64,000 nt of DNA. Origin: an uncultured Parvularcula sp. Its GTDB lineage: Bacteria; Pseudomonadota; Alphaproteobacteria; Caulobacterales; Parvularculaceae. The DNA is taken from positions 546-64,545 of the forward strand of contig CALFRH010000477.1 in assembly GCA_937919225.1 (NCBI GenBank), in the 5' to 3' direction. Under the pieces are notes generated by a model that had not been told where the DNA came from, did no database searches, and saw only the letters and a list, made by a program, of their open reading frames with translations. Shown in pieces: positions 58,690 through 64,000 of this stretch; the stretch's first letter is position 1; each line of letters starts with the position of its first letter. Both the position numbers and the translations under genes were made by a program.

Positions 58690-60875
58690 TCCACAAACTT
58701 CGACAGAAGACGGATATAGGCCACCTGGTATCCGTTTGAGTTCTCCGTCACCTCCCAGGAATTAAGCGGCCAAGAATCGTTGAACTGGGCGTACGCCTTT
58801 TGCGCGGGCTGGCCATAGGGAGGCGCAGGCTGCTCGGTCCCCTTGCACTTCGCATTATTCTCTGGCGACCCGCAGCTATAGGGGCAGCAATCTTCCCACG
58901 AATAGCCGGGGTTTGGTCCACCCACGAGATAGCCGGGGGCGGGCCCATAGGTGGAGGTGGCAACGCTGTCAAAATCTGCGCTGCCGTCCCGGAACCATGA
59001 ATGGTAAAAGGTGTCTACGGATCGTTCTGCCCCTGCATCGGCCATATTCGACAGGTACGCTAAGCCCAACGGGTTGGCACCGTGAAGATAATGCAGATAG
59101 GCCGCGGCCGCATCCTTTGCTTCCTGCCCTGTCCGGGTGCCAATCGCATATTGGTGTTGTTGCCAGAACAGGCTGCCTTCTTGGGATTTGATGGCATTAC
59201 TGCCCCACACAATCGCGTGGGAGAAGGCCCGATAGGCGTCCGTCGCATTGTCGACCGCGGGCCAGAAATAGGTGAAGTTCATCGCGCCTTCATACCGGCT
59301 ACGGATGGTGTCAACCACCGTGGGGTTCGCCCCTACAACTTGGGTGTAGTGCAATAAATCCCGTTGGGAGTCCCCTTCGAAGCCGTTAATATAGTAGCTA
59401 CCCACCAGCTTCGAGGCGGTGTAGTTCGCCGTGACATAATCATGGTATACGGATTTGCCGGTTGCATCGGCAAGATAGATCGCGGCGGAGAGCTTCTTCT
59501 CTGTGCGAGCGGTTTCGCTCATTTCCTGCTGCCCGGCACCCAGGCCTTGGGTGCCCGACGCAAAATCATTATTGTAAAAGAGAACCGCCGGGTTCGCGTC
59601 GGCCCAAGCCCCCGCGGCTTCAGCTCTATCGCTCAGATCATCAGCAAAACCGCTGTAACCGGCGACGGTAAGGTCGCCGAACACCTTACTGCCAAGGGCC
59701 ATGGCGGCCGCGGTGGAAAGGGTGGCTGACGTATTGGCGAGGCCATAATAGCTGGGGCCTGTGGCGGCAGAAGGCGGGCTGCCGTCGGCGAGACCAACAA
59801 TGGAAAGGACAGAGCCGTCAGCATTCTGCATCCGGACAAGCCAGTCGAGCCCAAACTTAATCTCATCGAGAAGGTCAGGGACCCCGTTCCCGGACTCGGG
59901 GATGTTAAAATCGTCTGTCCAAACCGCGGGGTTTTCAATATAACTATTCAAGAGGCTTACAACATAAGCCGCATGCCAGTTCGTGTACTTATTATAATCG
60001 CCTGCGTCGTACCATCCGCCATGCAGATCCCGCTCGCTAGACGCATCGTCGGGGAGATTATACTGACGCGCCTCGGTATCTTGGCCGGGGCCCACATGGC
60101 TGGCGCTGTCGGCATAACCCGCTGGCACATAGGGAGCCGTCTTTGCGAAGCCGGCCCGCTGATAGTAGAAGGTGCGAACGGCGTCTTTTAACGCTTCTTT
60201 GTAGACGTCGTCGGCAATGCGGAATTCCGGGGACACCACAATAAAGGCGGCATCCCGCACCGTATAGGTTCCCGGTGCGGTGACGGCGGAGAAGTCGAAC
60301 CACCATACTGTATCGCCGCTTGTGTCATCGGTGGCGCCATTGTTCCAGGCCGTTGGCGTCCCCGTAAAGACGACTTCCGCGTCCGTACTTCTGACCACAT
60401 GATATTCCGGCTCCGGCACTAGCTCATCCGATGCATCAAAGCCGGTGACAGGATTGCGAATGATCGCCACTTTTTTCATGTCGGGGCGATAGCCAAAATC
60501 GTCGAGAACGATGAAGGGGCCATCCCCGTCGGCCGTCCCTTGTGGCGCAGCGGGGATGGCCCCATCGCCAACGATTAAGTCGTCACCATCGCCGCCCGTG
60601 AGAGAGTCCGCACCGGCGCCGCCATAGACCTCATCGTCACCCCCGCCGGCATTGATTGTATCATCTAAGCCGGTGCCGACGAGGCGATCATTGTCCGTTG
60701 TCCCGGTGGTTGATTGTGGCCGAGGTGAGGGGGCCGTTGTCGCCGATGATCGCGCGTCAAGGCGTTGGAGTTGGCCATCGCCACCTGACGTCGCCGAGCC
60801 ATCTTCCTCCTTACACCCCGTCATTGAGAGGGCACTGAGGCAGAAAGCTGTACTTACCGCGAGTTTTGTCACCAT
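58686..60875 (-). CDS. GH9 glycoside hydrolase lipoprotein with RTX-like repeats and N-terminal Ig domain
   Basis: Lipobox MTGC; GGxGxD repeats; FYYQR; GGWYDAGD; HGANP; TENSNGYQ. Confidence 0.88.
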   Translation of the reverse strand: MVTKLAVSTAFCLSALSMTGCKEEDGSATSGGDGQLQRLDARSSATTAPSPRPQSTTGTTDNDRLVGTGLDDTINAGGGDDEVYGGAGADSLTGGDGDDLIVGDGAIPAAPQGTADGDGPFIVLDDFGYRPDMKKVAIIRNPVTGFDASDELVPEPEYHVVRSTDAEVVFTGTPTAWNNGATDDTSGDTVWWFDFSAVTAPGTYTVRDAAFIVVSPEFRIADDVYKEALKDAVRTFYYQRAGFAKTAPYVPAGYADSASHVGPGQDTEARQYNLPDDASSERDLHGGWYDAGDYNKYTNWHAAYVVSLLNSYIENPAVWTDDFNIPESGNGVPDLLDEIKFGLDWLVRMQNADGSVLSIVGLADGSPPSAATGPSYYGLANTSATLSTAAAMALGSKVFGDLTVAGYSGFADDLSDRAEAAGAWADANPAVLFYNNDFASGTQGLGAGQQEMSETARTEKKLSAAIYLADATGKSVYHDYVTANYTASKLVGSYYINGFEGDSQRDLLHYTQVVGANPTVVDTIRSRYEGAMNFTYFWPAVDNATDAYRAFSHAIVWGSNAIKSQEGSLFWQQHQYAIGTRTGQEAKDAAAAYLHYLHGANPLGLAYLSNMADAGAERSVDTFYHSWFRDGSADFDSVATSTYGPAPGYLVGGPNPGYSWEDCCPYSCGSPENNAKCKGTEQPAPPYGQPAQKAYAQFNDSWPLNSWEVTENSNGYQVAYIRLLSKFVD

Positions 60876-60977
60876 GGACCGCGCGCCTTTTGATCGCTCA
60901 CCGTTGAAGTTATAGAATGCCGTTCGAGCGTGGCGAAACTATGATCAAAAAGGTGAGGATTTTAAGGGACACCTACG

Positions 60978-61080
60978 ATAGCATCGGGTGTTCTGACTGC
61001 CTCAGGCCGATACTATAGAGTCTTTGTTTTTCGCGCGTGAGCCAGCTTTTTCTGATCCAATGCGATCGCTGGCGCGCTAG
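60978..61080 (+). repeat. ~105-bp palindromic dispersed repeat, copy C
   Basis: AGCATCGGGTGTTCTGA identical to copy B; TATAGAGTCTTTGTTTT..CGCGCG.GAGCCA matches copy A. Confidence 0.8.
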
Positions 61081-61347
61081 GGTGCGGTGACCATTTAACC
61101 ATTGTGTTCGCGCCAGTCGAAAAACCGTCAGCTTTAGGAGCGAGGGCGCAGGACATGCGGGCATATTCAAGCTCGAGGGACGACAAGATGGCGGTTTTTC
61201 GCGGCGCCCCAAAGGGGTTCGGCCAAAATCACCTCAGTCTTCGTCGCAAATCCTCGAAAGGGAATAACCCTTCCTTGCGGTTTGCTCCTTGTCTGAAGCG
61301 ATTTTGGTCTCGAACGACCATAAAGGTTAAATAGTCACCGCACCCTA
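61078..61347. mobile_element. MITE, 270 bp, 23-bp terminal inverted repeats
   Basis: TAGGGTGCGGTGACCATTTAACC (61078-61100) versus GGTTAAATAGTCACCGCACCCTA (61325-61347), 22/23 match; no transposase. Confidence 0.8.
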
Positions 61348-62838
61348 AAGCTTCCAAAGAATGTAGCCGCCAAGGGCGACGATGATTGCGCCAAGGGCGG
61401 CAACCACTTGCCCCGTTCGATCCGGCGAGCCGGTCATGGCTTCGGGGACCATAGGCCGTAAAGCTGGGAAGGCCGCAATGCGTTTTGCCCCCTGCATACG
61501 GACGAATTCTTTAATCACGGGCCGCATGGCGCCATAGCGATTGGCCGGAACATCCACCGCGACCACCATGGGATGGCCATCACGGTTATCAAGGGTGGTC
61601 GTTTGGAAGGAGAACCCTTGTCTTTTCAGGATGGACAAGATCCTTGTGAAGTCGCCTGCGCCGTTCCCCACCGTGTTGAATTTATAGAGGCAGCGGACAT
61701 AGGCGGGCCTGTCGGCGGTCTCGCCGGGCTGGTGCTCACCTTTTTTGGGTCCCTCAAAGACCGCCCTTAGGGAACGCATTTCATAATCGGCATTCGCGTG
61801 ATGGCGGAGGAAGCCGATGGGAGACTTTGATGGGAAGATGCACGGCCGACCCTTCGTCATGGCGAGGAAGCTGGTCTTAATCCGTTCAGCGCCGGCCATT
61901 TCAGCCTCTAGCACCACATAATCCTTATCATAGTGATAGCCGTCCCCCTCCATCGCCTTATCGCCGGAGAGAAGGACCGCAATCAGCGGTTTGGTGTGGT
62001 TGCCGCCGCGACTTTTGCTCACCCGCTCATGGGTGCCGCCGGAGAAGCGGGTTTCCACCATACGATTAGGGTCCGCCAGCCCGGTCGCAAGGCGTAACCC
62101 CTCGCGATAGGTGTCTACCCCGTCGGGGATTTGCTGCACATCCACCCCGCGGGCGCGTAAGCCCTCAATTGCGGGGCCGCAATGGCGCATGGCCTCGGCG
62201 GAGGCGTAAACGGTGGTGACTTTCCGCAGATAGCGTTGTTGCTTGTCCCGGTTCCAGGCAAAGCTGGTGCCCGCGCCGCCTGGGGCAAAGCTATCGGTGA
62301 ATCCCGACTGTTCAATCTCGTGAATGAGATCAGTGGGGGCGGCCAGCACATAATTGCTCTCAGCCACATATTCCCGCAGCACTTTGGTTTGCGGGAAGTC
62401 GATGAGAGCCGACAGCGTGTCACGGTTCAAGCTGAAATCATTATCAAACAGCGGCACCACGCCCACCTGCGCCTGCTGCGCGATCACGCTTGAAAAAGTG
62501 GCATCGGCGGTGGATCGCGGGGAAACCCAGGTGCGATAGGCGTAGTTCAGTGCCTCATCAGCTTTCTGCTTTGGGGCCTCCACCACCCCGACATCGCCGT
62601 CATAGCTGCGGGCGGTGTTCAGGCTCATCCCGTAGGAAGAGGCGACACGAGTGGTGGGATCGGGCACCGGGCGGCCCGTTGCGGGCTTGCCCTCATCGTC
62701 CAGCACCGGCTGGCCGTCGCTGTCGACCCACATGCCATAACGGAACAAGCTGGCCGCGATTTGCTCCGCCACCCAGGCGCCGAGCCCGTGCCGTTCATCT
62801 TGATAAGCGACAAATTGGTTTGCCATGGCCACCACCAC
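61345..62838 (-). CDS. Divergent prephenate-dehydratase-fold/ACT-like protein with C-terminal TM helix
   Basis: Ordered PDT-like motifs VAYQ, GVVPL, TTVYASAEAMRHC, KTSFL, then ACT-like segment and hydrophobic tail; coding status firmer than family call. Confidence 0.6.
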   Translation of the reverse strand: MVVAMANQFVAYQDERHGLGAWVAEQIAASLFRYGMWVDSDGQPVLDDEGKPATGRPVPDPTTRVASSYGMSLNTARSYDGDVGVVEAPKQKADEALNYAYRTWVSPRSTADATFSSVIAQQAQVGVVPLFDNDFSLNRDTLSALIDFPQTKVLREYVAESNYVLAAPTDLIHEIEQSGFTDSFAPGGAGTSFAWNRDKQQRYLRKVTTVYASAEAMRHCGPAIEGLRARGVDVQQIPDGVDTYREGLRLATGLADPNRMVETRFSGGTHERVSKSRGGNHTKPLIAVLLSGDKAMEGDGYHYDKDYVVLEAEMAGAERIKTSFLAMTKGRPCIFPSKSPIGFLRHHANADYEMRSLRAVFEGPKKGEHQPGETADRPAYVRCLYKFNTVGNGAGDFTRILSILKRQGFSFQTTTLDNRDGHPMVVAVDVPANRYGAMRPVIKEFVRMQGAKRIAAFPALRPMVPEAMTGSPDRTGQVVAALGAIIVALGGYILWKL

Positions 62839-62990
62839 ATCCCCTAAAACGCGTTAACTTTACCACGCTGTCACGCGAAAGCCAGGGGCGAGTGAAAAGG
62901 AAGAAAACGCCTTTTGGATTCAGAGGGGTAGCGCGGGTTTGGCGGGGTTTGGGCTCACCGCGGCGTGTCCGCGGTGTCCATCGTGCTGAA

Positions 62991-63048
62991 TTACACCTTC
63001 TGGGGGAAATGGCCCCACCGACGCGTTGCGGGGTGGGGCACGAAGGGC
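62991..63048. repeat. Degenerate REP/CIR-like unit just downstream of hslU, possible terminator
   Basis: GCCCCACC..GGTGGGGC stem preceded by CCTTCTGGGGGAAATG; resembles 55444-55497. Confidence 0.4.
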
Positions 63049-63054
63049 TTTGCG

Positions 63055-63999
63055 CTACAAAATATACTTTGACAGGTCCGCGTTGGACGTCACGTCTTTA
63101 AGCCGCTCATCCACAAAGGCCGCGTCGACGGTGACCTTTTCGTCCTTCCGGTCGGCGGCATCGAAGGACACTTCTTCGAGCACCCGTTCTAAGATTGTCG
63201 AGAGCCGCCGGGCGCCAATATTCTCAACGAGGGAATTCACCTCCGCCGCCTTCTCGGCCAGGCGGTTGATACCGTCCTCAGTGAAGGTGAGGTTTAGCCC
63301 CTCCGTTGCCATGAGGGCAGTATATTGTTTAGGCAGGCTGGCTTCGGTATCGGTCAAGATACGGACGAAATCTTCCTCGGTGAGGGCGCCTAGCTCCACC
63401 CGGATCGGCAGGCGGCCCTGAAGCTCCGGTAAAAGGTCGGCCGGTTTTGCCACATGGAAGGCGCCCGAGGCCACGAAGAGAATATGGTCTGTCTTCACTG
63501 GCCCATATTTGGTGGACACAACGGAGCCTTCAATTAATGGCAACAGGTCCCGCTGCACCCCTTCGCGGGAAACGTCCGCCCCCGACCGTTCAGAGGACCG
63601 CGCCACCTTGTCAATTTCGTCAAGGAAGACGATGCCGTCATTTTCAACGGCCGACAGCGCTTCCGCCGAGAGTTGATCATCGTCCAGCAGCTTGTCACTT
63701 TCCTCCGCAATGAGAGGATCATAGACATCTTTCACCAACATCTTTTTGGTCTTGGTGGGCGCGCCGAAGGCTTTTCCCATCATGTCGCTCAAATTGATCA
63801 TGCCCATTTGGGCGCCAGGCATGCCGGGAATGTCAAAGGTGGGCATGCCGCCTTTCCCCGCATCGACAAGGTCGATTTCAATCTCGGCATCGTCAAGGGT
63901 GCCCTCGCGCAGTCGGGCGCGGAAGCTTTCGCGGGTGGCGTCGGAGGCGGTGTCGCCCACCAGAGCTTCGAGGACCCGGTTCTCTGCCGCCTCATGGGC
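63055..63999 (-). CDS. hslU: HslU ATPase subunit (5' end outside window)
   Basis: [47 protein letters not shown]. Confidence 0.97.
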   Translation of the reverse strand, partial: AHEAAENRVLEALVGDTASDATRESFRARLREGTLDDAEIEIDLVDAGKGGMPTFDIPGMPGAQMGMINLSDMMGKAFGAPTKTKKMLVKDVYDPLIAEESDKLLDDDQLSAEALSAVENDGIVFLDEIDKVARSSERSGADVSREGVQRDLLPLIEGSVVSTKYGPVKTDHILFVASGAFHVAKPADLLPELQGRLPIRVELGALTEEDFVRILTDTEASLPKQYTALMATEGLNLTFTEDGINRLAEKAAEVNSLVENIGARRLSTILERVLEEVSFDAADRKDEKVTVDAAFVDERLKDVTSNADLSKYIL

Positions 64000-64000
64000 G

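Noticed and set aside
11633-61080. Dispersed repeats as CRISPR or integron attC array
   Set aside because: Copies are scattered, not in regular repeat-spacer arrays; no cas or integrase gene
61104-61334. 76-aa ORF inside the MITE
   Set aside because: Too short and no transposase motif
62490-63101. 203-aa Arg/Pro-rich ORF suggesting an hslU frameshift extension
   Set aside because: HslU ends normally at DLSKYIL; composition typical of an off-frame GC-rich read

Overview
GC-rich alphaproteobacterial chromosome segment. The gene set (Tad/Cpa pilus, DivL, ShkA-like kinase, EipA, Mic60, CtrA- and LexA-type boxes) points to a Caulobacterales/Parvularculales-like organism; this is an inference. 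Left to right: 3' part of a PYP-activation-type 4-coumarate-CoA ligase; a Tad pilus locus (cpaI-like, Crp-family gene, flp pilin with a (Thr-Gly)7 tail, cpaABCDEF, tadBC, tadD); M17 aminopeptidase, mobA, FdhF/YdeP; class D beta-lactamase; divL; housekeeping genes (rpe, purH, gdhA, hemC-hemD-mic60-hemY, tsaD-gpsA, rlmN, rdgB-hemW, comM, yraN-rsmI-lpoA, pnp, hslU); accessory genes (alkB, HxlR/GST/NTF2/tautomerase cassette, GH9 lipoprotein). Most notable: a divergent, membrane-anchored prephenate-dehydratase-fold protein; a ~270-bp MITE with 23-bp inverted repeats; a modular ~105-bp palindromic repeat family often overlapping stop codons; a candidate anti-SD sRNA; the unusual pilin and its neighbours. 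I saw no rRNA, tRNA, CRISPR array or transposase. All assignments come from motifs read by eye, not database searches.
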